Below are positions 26,399-36,711 of a DNA stretch of 48,644 nucleotides, piece after piece. The position numbers were made by a program, and so were the translations under genes. This DNA is from Escherichia coli (GTDB taxonomy: Bacteria > Pseudomonadota > Gammaproteobacteria > Enterobacterales > Enterobacteriaceae): assembly GCF_016903815.1 (NCBI RefSeq), contig NZ_CP069971.1; one strand, written 5' to 3'. Each line of letters starts with the position of its first letter. Position 1 is the first letter of the stretch. The notes below the pieces were generated by a model. That model ran no database searches and was not told the origin of the DNA. It saw nothing but the letters and a program-made list of their open reading frames with translations.

Positions 26399-27862
26399 TT
26401 ATTCAGAAAACAAGTTCAGCAGATAATCAGGATTATATTCCATGACGAACTCTATATCTCTGGCAGGTGAGAATGGTGTCATTTTTACATGGAATTTAAC
26501 AATCCCGTCCATCAATGACGTAATCGTGTTTTCAGACTGATCAAAGGTAACAACACCACCTGCAATATCCTGATTACCTGTGAGGCCGTTAAGCCAAATA
26601 TTCGCACTTGTAACAATCGATTCAATTAATCGACGGTTTGCAGGATTGTCTATTTTTGACCAATGCGAAAGAATTAACGTATTACCCACCCAGTTAAACA
26701 TACGTCGGCAAACACGAAATGCGTCTTTGGGGTCTGTAGATGTTGGATAAATAGCATTACGGTTTCCCCATGATTTCCAACCATCAAAATTAAGGCTTGT
26801 TACAATCCCCTGTCCATTTAAGTAGTTTGCCTGGCTAATGTTAAGCCATACTTCACTGCCATCTTTACGTACAGCACCGTCCATCTGTAGTTTTATATTT
26901 GACGGAGAACGTGATGGAATATCACCATACTGACTATCCAGCAAGCATGTTGCGGCCGCTAAATGGGTTGAGTGATGGTAAATATTGTCACCAAGTTTCA
27001 CCATCGGCCAGCACACTGTCTGGTTAGCGGCCATGTGATTATTGTTCTGTTTCCATTCAGGAACAGCCGAGTAATCACTGATAGTAGATTTATCGGTCGG
27101 TGCATCAGTTATGGCTTCTGCTTTGAACAATTCACTAATCAACGCGGCTTTAGCCGCCATTAGCTGACCAACTTCACTATCAGAACTAAATCCAGGCGCA
27201 ATCACTTGTCCAGGAACCAACTTGAAGCGGGGATACACATCAGACAGTAACTCAAGCCCTGTATTGGCTTTAGTGTTGGAATCCACACCACCGATAATGT
27301 CATTTTTAGTTACGGCACCGGGATCAAGATGCGTATAACTAACCTTAAGAGTAGCGTCTTTTTCGGTAATTTTTCCTCCGCTAATAGCGGTAATGACCGT
27401 ATAGCCATTATCATCCAGCGCCAGCACATAATCGGTATCAACCGTTAATCCTGCAGAATCACCATCTGCTTTTTTCACAACAACAGATTTATATAAGACA
27501 CCATCGTTAGAGAGCGTACCTTTCCCGCCAGAAAGTTTTACTACCTCATCAGTTACGTCTTTCTTATGCTTTGCTGGATCAAGCACATTGATAAATACAA
27601 CTGGCGCAACACCATATATTCCAAATGCGACTTTAATTACTTCGCTTAAAGTATATTTCTCGAAGTTTGTGCTATATCCTATTTTAGATACGGCCTCTGC
27701 GTATGTATAAGCAATGATAGGTTTATTTACCGCTGAGGCTGGATCTTCCAACTGATTAACAGGAGCTGTACCAAATGCGACAATCAACCCAGCACTAACT
27801 TGTACTGGAGGAGTTATATATGTAGCCAGCTCAGATATATAAATACCGTGGCGATATCCCAT
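26399..27862 (-). CDS. tail sheath protein
   Basis: 487 aa; MGYRHGIYISELATYITPP... typical contractile-sheath start. Confidence 0.85.
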   Translation of the reverse strand: MGYRHGIYISELATYITPPVQVSAGLIVAFGTAPVNQLEDPASAVNKPIIAYTYAEAVSKIGYSTNFEKYTLSEVIKVAFGIYGVAPVVFINVLDPAKHKKDVTDEVVKLSGGKGTLSNDGVLYKSVVVKKADGDSAGLTVDTDYVLALDDNGYTVITAISGGKITEKDATLKVSYTHLDPGAVTKNDIIGGVDSNTKANTGLELLSDVYPRFKLVPGQVIAPGFSSDSEVGQLMAAKAALISELFKAEAITDAPTDKSTISDYSAVPEWKQNNNHMAANQTVCWPMVKLGDNIYHHSTHLAAATCLLDSQYGDIPSRSPSNIKLQMDGAVRKDGSEVWLNISQANYLNGQGIVTSLNFDGWKSWGNRNAIYPTSTDPKDAFRVCRRMFNWVGNTLILSHWSKIDNPANRRLIESIVTSANIWLNGLTGNQDIAGGVVTFDQSENTITSLMDGIVKFHVKMTPFSPARDIEFVMEYNPDYLLNLFSE

Positions 27863-28152
27863 TATTTAATCTCCATGATAGAAGAAGAAACTCTAGAGTA
27901 CATTACATACTCGACACTGGTTTTATCAGAAAGTCTTTTTTCTGCATCTGCAAAATCACTGGTTGCCACAAACAAACACTTTGCACCAGGAATATGTGAT
28001 ATTAATTTTTCACACTCTGGAGATAAGCCATTCTTAAATAGTTTATGCTTCAAAATTGAGAGTTGAGGGATTGTTGGTCCTATATATACAAATGTTTGAG
28101 CAACATCTTCCTTCTTTTCTATATCTTCTTTACTACTTTTCTTATTAGACAT
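27862..28152 (-). CDS. hypothetical protein
   Basis: 96 aa ORF coupled to neighbours. Confidence 0.4.
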   Translation of the reverse strand: MSNKKSSKEDIEKKEDVAQTFVYIGPTIPQLSILKHKLFKNGLSPECEKLISHIPGAKCLFVATSDFADAEKRLSDKTSVEYVMYSRVSSSIMEIK

Positions 28153-28638
28153 TTAGATAAACTCCTGAGACTGAATATTCTGAGGCTTTAATACTAGCCA
28201 CGTTCCAGTTGCTTCCGTTATCCAATATGGATATGGTTGATCATCAAACATTCGCCATCTGATATCACCCTGAAAGAGAAATTTCTCTTCAAGTAAAGGC
28301 TTCTCCTGGAAATGAAACATCATCCTTTCAAGAAGAGCCATTACCCATTCATATCCAGTATGGTCCTCACAAAAACCACCTAGAAGAAACTTAACCTTAA
28401 CTTCATCCGTTTCAGGCTGCATTCCTCCTTCCGTTGGTCTGATAATCACATGAGGAAATTCTGGCGATTTATCTGGAGATGGTTGTGATTTAGGAGGCAA
28501 GTACCCTTTAAATATTGTTGGAACAAACAATTTAATATCGCTGTCTGTTTCATCATAAGGAGGCCCCTGCACTAATAAATCATGGAAAACCTCATGTTCC
28601 AACCGATTTTTTATTGCATCTATCAAAAGATTAATCAA
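28153..28638 (-). CDS. putative neck/tail completion protein
   Basis: 161 aa; position between head and tail modules. Confidence 0.4.
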   Translation of the reverse strand: MINLLIDAIKNRLEHEVFHDLLVQGPPYDETDSDIKLFVPTIFKGYLPPKSQPSPDKSPEFPHVIIRPTEGGMQPETDEVKVKFLLGGFCEDHTGYEWVMALLERMMFHFQEKPLLEEKFLFQGDIRWRMFDDQPYPYWITEATGTWLVLKPQNIQSQEFI

Positions 28639-28979
28639 ATCGGCATTCCTCTGTTAGTATTAACAGTGAGAGTTATTTCCAATACACCAACATTATCTGA
28701 TACTTCATCAACAATATAATTTTTACCGTTGATTTTCATTGACTGGTCTTTGACAGGGAGAACAGGAAAATCTTTTCTTGAAACAAATAATATTATTTGC
28801 CCCTGATTTATTCCCTCTGCAAACTCAGCATATGAGCGTTTATTACGCTCATGAATAAGGTCTGTATCAATAACGGCAAGGATATCCTTGCCGTCTATGT
28901 TATATGTATCGGCAAACTCTTTTTCATTGAGGAATATTGCAGAAATATCTTGCGCTATAACCTCTTTGAAGGAGTTCAT
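28635..28979 (-). CDS. putative head-tail connector/head completion protein
   Basis: 114 aa; position only. Confidence 0.4.
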   Translation of the reverse strand: MNSFKEVIAQDISAIFLNEKEFADTYNIDGKDILAVIDTDLIHERNKRSYAEFAEGINQGQIILFVSRKDFPVLPVKDQSMKINGKNYIVDEVSDNVGVLEITLTVNTNRGMPI

Positions 28980-29371
28980 TACTTCTTATTACCTTTTTTT
29001 TGTGTTGATTTTTTCGCATTACTGGTATCAGAAGTAGCTACAGATTCAGATGAATCATCAGCAACCATTTCCTCATTGCCGCCATCATCCTCAAACTCAA
29101 CCTCGAATACACAGCTACCCGCCTCCGTTCGCGTAATCAACCCCGCGTCCACAGCATCATTAACAGCAGATGCGTATCCATGCTCAAAAGCTAACTTAGC
29201 AGCATCATAGCCCCCAGCCGATGCCAAATCACCATCCTCTTCGGTGGCAATAGCATGTCCTGACGCAATCAGTTCGGCAATTCTGGAGTTATCCATTAGC
29301 CCATTAAGCAAACGGCCCGCTTTTAGCGAGCCGTGGCTTATCGTATCAATGTTTTTAATCAGTCTGGCCAT
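28979..29371 (-). CDS. hypothetical acidic protein downstream of the major capsid gene
   Basis: 130 aa. Confidence 0.4.
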   Translation of the reverse strand: MARLIKNIDTISHGSLKAGRLLNGLMDNSRIAELIASGHAIATEEDGDLASAGGYDAAKLAFEHGYASAVNDAVDAGLITRTEAGSCVFEVEFEDDGGNEEMVADDSSESVATSDTSNAKKSTQKKGNKK

Positions 29372-30415
29372 TTAAACCACCTTAGCCACCAGATAGGCAT
29401 CAGCCACACCAGGATTAGGCAGTGGAGATGACTTCATGGCAACATAACGGCCAGCCGGCTTACGAGTTACCCAGGTGTCTGGAACTCGTGGCGACTCAAC
29501 AATCGTTAGAGTCTTTTCGGCGTCATCTACAAGCTCTACAGCACCATACAGCATCGTTCCTCGACCAGGAGAGCCAAAGAGGATCTTATCTTCCGGTACT
29601 AATGGTTCTGGTTTTCCTGTTTTATCATTGCGAATAAGTTCGTCGTAACCATAAAAATCGACACCTTCAAGATTGCCATAATGAGTTACGCCTTCTTCTA
29701 ACTCCTTAGGCTCAATATACCCAAGCTCTTTTCGGCGATTATCAAGATATTTAGTTACTGCTTCATTTTTAACGAAGGCATCAACAACTTTTGCGCCCAT
29801 TACGGCAACACGAGGTGTAAAACCTGAAGTTAGTGATACCCGACGTTTCCAGTTGCGAACATTGACCAACGGATCTGATTTTGCTGCACTCCATAAATCA
29901 TCACCTGTCAGTTCAAGATATGGTTTATCTCCTTCCTCTTCAGGCCAAAAATAAACTGTGTCATCCACTCCTTCACCAACAATATCAACCTGCCCCGTAA
30001 ACAAGACTTGTGCACACATCCATTCTTCACGGCGGTTAACCATTTCATCAAGCTCAAGCAAATCTTTACCTAATTGCTCGGCGGCTCGTTCTGCTGGCGA
30101 TTTTGCGTTGTAAATATTCTCACCCGGAAGCCTGTTTAAAAGCAGCTCGGCTGTTGTTACCAAATCAGGTGCAACAAGTGGTGGCTCCAGAGTTCTCGTT
30201 ACAAAGCCGCGTCGCTCAACGGTTTTTGAGCCAAAACCTTTACCAACAAACGGAGCCATAGTACGGCCACCGCGAACAAAATCCAGATCAACTTTCTTTG
30301 TATTAAAGGTCTGAACACCAGGAAAAAAGGTACGAAGAAGAAAACGACGAGCCTTGAAATTCTGAATAACAGGCTCAAGCATTGTACGTCGTTCAAAAAT
30401 ATCAATATTCGGCAT
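29372..30415 (-). CDS. major capsid protein (lambda gpE-like)
   Basis: 347 aa; gene order decoration-capsid as in lambda. Confidence 0.75.
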   Translation of the reverse strand: MPNIDIFERRTMLEPVIQNFKARRFLLRTFFPGVQTFNTKKVDLDFVRGGRTMAPFVGKGFGSKTVERRGFVTRTLEPPLVAPDLVTTAELLLNRLPGENIYNAKSPAERAAEQLGKDLLELDEMVNRREEWMCAQVLFTGQVDIVGEGVDDTVYFWPEEEGDKPYLELTGDDLWSAAKSDPLVNVRNWKRRVSLTSGFTPRVAVMGAKVVDAFVKNEAVTKYLDNRRKELGYIEPKELEEGVTHYGNLEGVDFYGYDELIRNDKTGKPEPLVPEDKILFGSPGRGTMLYGAVELVDDAEKTLTIVESPRVPDTWVTRKPAGRYVAMKSSPLPNPGVADAYLVAKVV

Positions 30416-30435
30416 AAAAATACGACCTCTTTATA

Positions 30436-30819
30436 TTATGCAGATGGATTTTGTTGTGCGGTATTAAGGAATATCCCAACCTTCCGGCAAGCCAGATATA
30501 CATCGGCAATCTTTGCTGATTCAGGAAGGACAACCGCATGTGCATTGAACATTCCGGTCAGCCATGCTGTTCCAACTTGCGCTGAATCAGTCGCATCAAT
30601 ACTATGTTGAGCGATACAATACGGTTCTTTTGCCACCCCCTCACCAGAGAGATTTATTGGTGCCACAGTGACAACATTTGTTGTCTGATCAATACTGACA
30701 AAAGCAAGTAACTCACCCCGTTTTACTTTACCGCTGGCAAGTTTAATACTTGTTGGAATTGCTGGCATACCACCAGAAATAATCAGATTATCTGGTTCAA
30801 ATGAAAAAGACTCTCGCAT
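30436..30819 (-). CDS. head decoration protein (gpD-like)
   Basis: 127 aa directly upstream of the capsid gene. Confidence 0.65.
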   Translation of the reverse strand: MRESFSFEPDNLIISGGMPAIPTSIKLASGKVKRGELLAFVSIDQTTNVVTVAPINLSGEGVAKEPYCIAQHSIDATDSAQVGTAWLTGMFNAHAVVLPESAKIADVYLACRKVGIFLNTAQQNPSA

Positions 30820-30828
30820 AAACTCACC

Positions 30829-31917
30829 TTAATTTTTATCGCGGTTTTTAAATACTGACCCAATAACATTTTTTACTGCTTCAGCCTGTTTGTTGCCGTT
30901 GTTTTCTGGTTGATTAACATCAACTGAATCATTCACCTCACTTGCGTCTTCTTGCCGTTGATTAAGAAAGTTTTTGTTACGCGCTCGCTCTGCATTCATA
31001 ATTTCCAAAGCAAGTTCAGCCGCAGAAACTCCTGTTTTGAATTTTGCATTCTTAACCAGGTCGTCATGACCTGGAATTACGCTATTCTCGATTGTTTCAA
31101 TGCGCTCGCGTTCTGATTTAACGCCCTCGTCTTTACCAGCATTAAAAACCTGATTGTATAATTCTGGATGTTTATTTTTTAATTCATCAAGAGTCACAAC
31201 ATCGTCCTCATTTTGTTCATTTAATTCAGTAGATAATTCATTTTTATTTTGTGGCAACTTTGCGAGCGAATCAGGTAATTTTGAAAACCTTGATGCTTCA
31301 AAAGTTATTCCATTGAGCGAAAGCATCCCTTCCTTTATAGAAGCGGATAAGCGCATTGGTTTTTCAACTTCGTCAGCAAATCCAAGCTCTACAGCCTCTT
31401 CTGCATTTAGCCATGTTTCCTGATCCATTAGTTCAATTAATTTATCCTCAGAAAGCCCTGTTTTCTCCTTATATGCAGATAAAATACTATCTCGTATCTT
31501 ATCCATCATCTCAGCAATATCACGTAGTTCATCTGCATCACCAGCAGCAAATGTCCACGGATTATGGATCATCATCATAGCATTAGATGGGATAACAACT
31601 TTATCACCTGCCATTGCAATAATGGTTGCAGCCGATGCAGCAATACCATCAATATAAACAGTAATATTAGCCTTATGACGTTTTAATGAAGAAAGAATAG
31701 CTTGAGCAGTAAAAACAGAACCACCATAACTATTAATTTTTACGTTGATAGCATTTGATGATATATTCTTTAATTTATTAACTATGTCAGAAGAAGAAAC
31801 CTCATCAAATTCGCCAATATATCCGTAGATTAAAAGTTCAGCCGGAGAGTCATCTTCACCCGTGCTATTTTTTATTTCCCACCAATTAGCCATCATCTGT
31901 CTCCATATTTTGTTCAT
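30829..31917 (-). CDS. prohead protease, ClpP-like (S14) with C-terminal scaffold-like acidic region
   Basis: ...INSYGGSVFTAQAI...YIDGIAASAATIIAMAGDKVVIPSNAMMMIHNPW. Confidence 0.75.
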   Translation of the reverse strand: MNKIWRQMMANWWEIKNSTGEDDSPAELLIYGYIGEFDEVSSSDIVNKLKNISSNAINVKINSYGGSVFTAQAILSSLKRHKANITVYIDGIAASAATIIAMAGDKVVIPSNAMMMIHNPWTFAAGDADELRDIAEMMDKIRDSILSAYKEKTGLSEDKLIELMDQETWLNAEEAVELGFADEVEKPMRLSASIKEGMLSLNGITFEASRFSKLPDSLAKLPQNKNELSTELNEQNEDDVVTLDELKNKHPELYNQVFNAGKDEGVKSERERIETIENSVIPGHDDLVKNAKFKTGVSAAELALEIMNAERARNKNFLNQRQEDASEVNDSVDVNQPENNGNKQAEAVKNVIGSVFKNRDKN

Positions 31918-33460
31918 TTACCTCAGAAACAGGAGGCGTAATCAGCCCCAACTCACGGCGAGCATTCTCTTCTCTGCCACAAATTTGTGCTGTTTCTTCC
32001 CAGTTAAGACCTGACATTTCAGCCGCTTCCTTTTCACGGGTAGAGAATGTTTCCTCAACACGCAGTTTTGCAGCTTTGACTTCTTTAAGGGGATCTAATT
32101 GGCCTTGTGATGGGCCATACCATTGAGCGCCACTCCATGCAGCGCGATATTCAGGCCCATAAAAAAAACCAGGGGCAATAACACGACCTTTAGCAACGGC
32201 TTCGGCCAACCATTCCTCATAGATCGGTTGGCAAAATGACTGAACCATCCAGTCACGTCGCATACGGAACATTTTCCAGGCTTCAAGTAATGCGGCCCTG
32301 CTTGCGCTATAACTTGCTGTAAAATGCTTTACCAAGAGTTCGTAAGGGAGTTCTAAAGCAGCCCCAATTTGACGGCATATGGCGACAACAAAACCATCAA
32401 ATGCCGTATTTGGTCGCCCGGGATTTGCTGTATCTATCGACTCACCTTCACCCAAACTTACTATGGAGCCATTCCCCATTTCTTGGGTGTTATCATCATG
32501 GTTATCGATCTGCTCGTACTGAGGGATACCCGATTCACCGACTGGCCCATCAGGAGCGTCTGTTTTAATAAAGACAGTAAACATCCCTGACACAACCGCA
32601 GCAACCAATTCAGCATCGGTGTATCGTCCTAACTGCTTCAATGCTTCAATTACAGGAGCAAGGACAGGAACGCCACGGCGTTGCCCAGGCCTTTCAAAAT
32701 CCTGCATGACATGCAGAATATTTCTTCTTCCTGTTTTACTCCCATATGCGGGAATACGTTCCCACTTGCGGGTTACAAAACCAGAAGTCCCGGCTGGGTG
32801 ATGTTTTGCAACCCAGTACGCCACAGGCTCGCTAAATTCACCAACCTCTACGCCACCGTAAAGATTTGGTATAAAACGATCCTCTGGATTGCAAACACGA
32901 TCACCTTCAATTAAATAGACGCACAAATCATATATAACACCCTTACGCTTAATAACTGGTAGCGCAGCAAATATATCGCCAGATGTTAACGCAGATATTT
33001 GGACCAATGATTGCAATTGTCCAAAAGTACACATTCTTGATGCATCACAATTTGGAGAATCAGCCCATAATCTAAACTCACGCTCAACATGCTTTTCCCA
33101 TGCTCGCGCTTCTTCCTGCGTCATCCCCAAGAAATCGGCATCAATGTTCGCATTTAGTTTTAAACCGGAACCAACAACGTTTGTCCTGATAGTTTTTATT
33201 GCGCCAACCGATAGCGGGTTTCCCATGAAGAGATCACGAGAACGCTCACGCAATTTATCTATATTTTTAACAATATCATCATCAGGGGAACCAGCTTTAC
33301 TAAACCAACCCCTTAATGATTTTTTATGAGTGCTTGCACCATGACGTGAATATCCAAGGTTATTAATACCTTCAAGTGCTTCTAACCGTTTTCTTGCCAA
33401 AGCTCGATTTAATGCCCTCTGAGGTGAAAACGGCGCAATAACTCGATCAAGAATATTCAT
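31886..33460 (-). CDS. portal protein (lambda gpB-like)
   Basis: 524 aa between the gpW-like and protease genes. Confidence 0.75.
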   Translation of the reverse strand: MNILDRVIAPFSPQRALNRALARKRLEALEGINNLGYSRHGASTHKKSLRGWFSKAGSPDDDIVKNIDKLRERSRDLFMGNPLSVGAIKTIRTNVVGSGLKLNANIDADFLGMTQEEARAWEKHVEREFRLWADSPNCDASRMCTFGQLQSLVQISALTSGDIFAALPVIKRKGVIYDLCVYLIEGDRVCNPEDRFIPNLYGGVEVGEFSEPVAYWVAKHHPAGTSGFVTRKWERIPAYGSKTGRRNILHVMQDFERPGQRRGVPVLAPVIEALKQLGRYTDAELVAAVVSGMFTVFIKTDAPDGPVGESGIPQYEQIDNHDDNTQEMGNGSIVSLGEGESIDTANPGRPNTAFDGFVVAICRQIGAALELPYELLVKHFTASYSASRAALLEAWKMFRMRRDWMVQSFCQPIYEEWLAEAVAKGRVIAPGFFYGPEYRAAWSGAQWYGPSQGQLDPLKEVKAAKLRVEETFSTREKEAAEMSGLNWEETAQICGREENARRELGLITPPVSEVNEQNMETDDG

Positions 33461-33696
33461 AAATCTCTTATCACCACTCGTTTAATTCGTGGGCCTCGGC
33501 GTATACCTGCTGATAATCTTTCTACTTCATTACGCCAGTAATCCATCTCTTTTCTGACTTCTGATAAATCCGCACGAGTTAACTGCCGCGTACCAAATTT
33601 ATATGACTGACCGCCAATAGCAATAGCGCGATATGCTTCCCGCCAGACAGATAACATCTCTCTGGCTTCAGTCAGAGAAAATGCTTCATTGTTCAT
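33457..33696 (-). CDS. head-tail joining protein (gpW-like)
   Basis: 79 aa between large terminase and portal, as in lambda. Confidence 0.6.
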   Translation of the reverse strand: MNNEAFSLTEAREMLSVWREAYRAIAIGGQSYKFGTRQLTRADLSEVRKEMDYWRNEVERLSAGIRRGPRIKRVVIRDL

Positions 33697-33707
33697 TTAT
33701 ATTTCCT

Positions 33708-35564
33708 CTATATGGTTACGCCTTTACTTATAACTCTACGGCGTCTTCTACGTATACCTGACGAGTTCTGCACATACACATTACCTCGCATTTCCTGTTC
33801 GGCAAGCCAGTTAAAATTAGGGTTCAGAATTTCCATCGCGGCAGTTGCATAGTTACGGCAATCAAGAGGCTCGTTACGCTCGTAGACTTTCACCCACTTT
33901 TCTTTTGTCTGCCCATTTTTATATTCAAATATTTTTTTCTCTGATAATAATCCTTTAAAGTATTCGGTATCATATCCTCTGTCAGAATCTAATGGGAAAT
34001 GCATATAACCAGGACCAGGATCATGTAGTTTAATTCTTGCCATGATGGTCCCTTTACCATCATCAACCCCCAAATTAAACAACATAGCACCCACACGGTT
34101 ATTATTACTTGGCTTTCCTATAAATGGTAAACCTACCCCACCACGCCCCCTGATAGAGTATATTCGCCTTGATTCTCTCGGCTTAGTAAAGCGATATACC
34201 TCTGTCGTAAAATGCCCACCAGAGTCAATACAAACGGAAGAAATCTGTAATTTTCGACCGTCACGGAATGACCAGCTACGGAGTAAGTATTCATCAAGTT
34301 GTTTCCAGACAACATCTTGTGCGGGATCACCTGGGAATATTTTATATTCTATCCCCCATGACTCCTTACCTTTTCCCCAACCGACCAATTCACAAACTAA
34401 ATACGTGTCCTGTACGTCAACACCAGCACTTAACAATAAAACATCATCTGGTAAAAACTCTTCAAACCTTATTCTGCGTTGCAACAAGTATTCAGGATCG
34501 ATATCGTCTTTAGCATCCTCTTTCCATGGCTCACCCAGCTTAAGGTTAATAAACTCCATTAATCCATTTTTATCGCGGTTTCTGGTTGCTTCCGTAAATT
34601 CTTCAACCAGCTCTGACAATGCAACCCACGGGGAGTAAAGACTGTTAATATGAAAACCAACAATACCTTTAACTCCAGTATGTTCAGCTATCCATACCCC
34701 CTTCGCCAACCAATCAACGTCTGGTTTACCAGATCCGCGCATAATCCCGCCGCACTCACAGCACTCATATCTGGCCGTTTCCGGTAACGCCTCACCTGAA
34801 TCGCTCTTATCCCATCTGACTTGCGACCATTTCATCACCTGCATGGTGCCACAACATGGGCAAGGAACATGGTAGTAACGCTGATCGGAGAGCTTAAACC
34901 ACTTGTGGATTTTGCTCGTTTCCTCCAAAACAGGAGTAGAAACAAAAACTTTCTTACGATTATGAAAGTTGGTAGTACGCTGAATACCTAGTTTTAGTGG
35001 GTCGCCCTCCTGCGTCACACCGTAACGATCAATCTCATCAGCTAACAGTATTCGAATTGGCCTGGATGCAAGACCTGCTGGGGAATTAGCACCAACAAGT
35101 GCTATATATCCACCAGCGTAATGCTTCATACGTATAGTCGTGCTGGACTTTTTGGCTGCACCGCGCCCCTCTTTCCCTTCATGCAGCTTGTGTTTCAAAC
35201 CAGGGGAATATTTGAACGTCGGATCAATACGCTCCTTTGAAAAAGCCTCAGCCGCCTCTACCGTTGGATAAATCATCAACTGAGGAGATGGCTCCTGATC
35301 TGCAAAGTAACCCATAACATTTAGCTGTAATTCGGATTTACCAATTTGTGAGCTACATTGCATCACTACTGTTTCTGTATCAGCGTCACCAATAACATCC
35401 ATTGGTTCACGTAAATATGGCACTCGGCTTGTACGCCACGGCCCTGGCTCTGGAGACGTTCCCGGCGCTACATGACGATACTTATCAGCCCATTCGGAAA
35501 CAGTTAGCCGTGATTTAGGGCGAAGCGCACGGAAAAAAGCGGTGCTCCATACTGTTTCGCCCAT
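33708..35564 (-). CDS. terminase large subunit (lambda gpA-like)
   Basis: 618 aa; ...YHVPCPCCGTMQVMKW...RYECCECGG... Cys cluster and overall size. Confidence 0.85.
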   Translation of the reverse strand: MGETVWSTAFFRALRPKSRLTVSEWADKYRHVAPGTSPEPGPWRTSRVPYLREPMDVIGDADTETVVMQCSSQIGKSELQLNVMGYFADQEPSPQLMIYPTVEAAEAFSKERIDPTFKYSPGLKHKLHEGKEGRGAAKKSSTTIRMKHYAGGYIALVGANSPAGLASRPIRILLADEIDRYGVTQEGDPLKLGIQRTTNFHNRKKVFVSTPVLEETSKIHKWFKLSDQRYYHVPCPCCGTMQVMKWSQVRWDKSDSGEALPETARYECCECGGIMRGSGKPDVDWLAKGVWIAEHTGVKGIVGFHINSLYSPWVALSELVEEFTEATRNRDKNGLMEFINLKLGEPWKEDAKDDIDPEYLLQRRIRFEEFLPDDVLLLSAGVDVQDTYLVCELVGWGKGKESWGIEYKIFPGDPAQDVVWKQLDEYLLRSWSFRDGRKLQISSVCIDSGGHFTTEVYRFTKPRESRRIYSIRGRGGVGLPFIGKPSNNNRVGAMLFNLGVDDGKGTIMARIKLHDPGPGYMHFPLDSDRGYDTEYFKGLLSEKKIFEYKNGQTKEKWVKVYERNEPLDCRNYATAAMEILNPNFNWLAEQEMRGNVYVQNSSGIRRRRRRVISKGVTI

Positions 35565-35569
35565 GAGGT

Positions 35570-36121
35570 TTATTCTTCCTGCTTAATAAATCGGGATTCC
35601 TGGAGCGCCTGAAGCGCAAAATTAATCTCGTCTTCAATAATGCGTTCGATCTCCCTGGCTGTTTTGCCTTCACAACGGGGAGCTGCTCTTGGAGCAATAC
35701 TAAATAAGCGGCTACGCAATTCATTAGCTGCCAGAAATGCATCATCCCTGACCGCATCTTTAGCGATGAGAGAGCCTTCCTTTTCTTCAAATTCAAGGCG
35801 TTTCAGCTTTGCCTGATAAATTTTTTCTGCGGTCTTAGCCTTGTTGAATTGCACCGCAACACCGGAAGTACCACCAGCTAATCCGGCATCATCAGCGGGT
35901 AACTCTGGTTGTTCCGAAGATATCCCATGCCCTCTTTTTCCATTTTCAGCAGATACCTCACGACCAACCTGTCGGCTCGCTTCATAAGCCGCACTGGCTT
36001 TATCAAAATCCAGCTTGCCGCTTTTCAGCACTGGAATGCGACCGGAACGACAGAGCTTCGTAACCATTGCCGGAGAAATACCTTTCCGGCGGGCAAACTC
36101 TGACTTACTGACGATGGCCAT
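35570..36121 (-). CDS. terminase small subunit (Nu1-like)
   Basis: MAIVSKSEFARRKGISPAMVTKLCRSGRIPVL... HTH N-terminus; ATG overlaps the upstream gene stop (TAATG). Confidence 0.7.
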   Translation of the reverse strand: MAIVSKSEFARRKGISPAMVTKLCRSGRIPVLKSGKLDFDKASAAYEASRQVGREVSAENGKRGHGISSEQPELPADDAGLAGGTSGVAVQFNKAKTAEKIYQAKLKRLEFEEKEGSLIAKDAVRDDAFLAANELRSRLFSIAPRAAPRCEGKTAREIERIIEDEINFALQALQESRFIKQEE

Positions 36122-36711
36122 TACTTGCAACCATTGGCAAGATACTGAACAAATCCCTCATGCGTTTCATGCGCGTCGTGGTACTGACGATAAACATCCA
36201 GCAACAATGCAATTTCCATATCCGTCGCGGGAATACGTTCTTTATCAATAGCCAGGTACTTAATTTGAACAACAGGGGAAGAATTATCGTCTTCTTCCTG
36301 CGGCTGTTCATCGCTTAACATTTCGTCAAGCTCTGCATCATTAAACCCAAGCAGATCAATATCAAAATCATCATCCATTAACTCTTTGACTTCTTCGGCC
36401 AGAAGCTGCATATCCCAGCCAGCATTTAAGGCCAGCTTGTTATCTGCAATCCTGTACGCCTTCTTCTGTTTTTCAGAAAGGTTACTCAACCGAATCGCCG
36501 GAACTTTATCCATTTCCAGAATTTCGGCTGCTGCAAGCCGCCCATGCCCCGCAATCAGTTCATTCTTTTCATCGATCAGCACAGGATTAGTGAAACCGAA
36601 CTCACGGATACTGTTCACCAACTGTTCAACTTGCTCATCTGAATGAGTCCGTGAATTTTTGGCATATCTGAGCAGCTTACCGACTGGTAAATATTCGATT
36701 TTTAGAGCCAT
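36121..36711 (-). CDS. ParB-like N-terminal domain (ParB/Srx fold) protein
   Basis: 196 aa; ...LIDEKNELIAGHGRLAAAEIL...; paralog of 39378-40001. Confidence 0.7.
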   Translation of the reverse strand: MALKIEYLPVGKLLRYAKNSRTHSDEQVEQLVNSIREFGFTNPVLIDEKNELIAGHGRLAAAEILEMDKVPAIRLSNLSEKQKKAYRIADNKLALNAGWDMQLLAEEVKELMDDDFDIDLLGFNDAELDEMLSDEQPQEEDDNSSPVVQIKYLAIDKERIPATDMEIALLLDVYRQYHDAHETHEGFVQYLANGCK

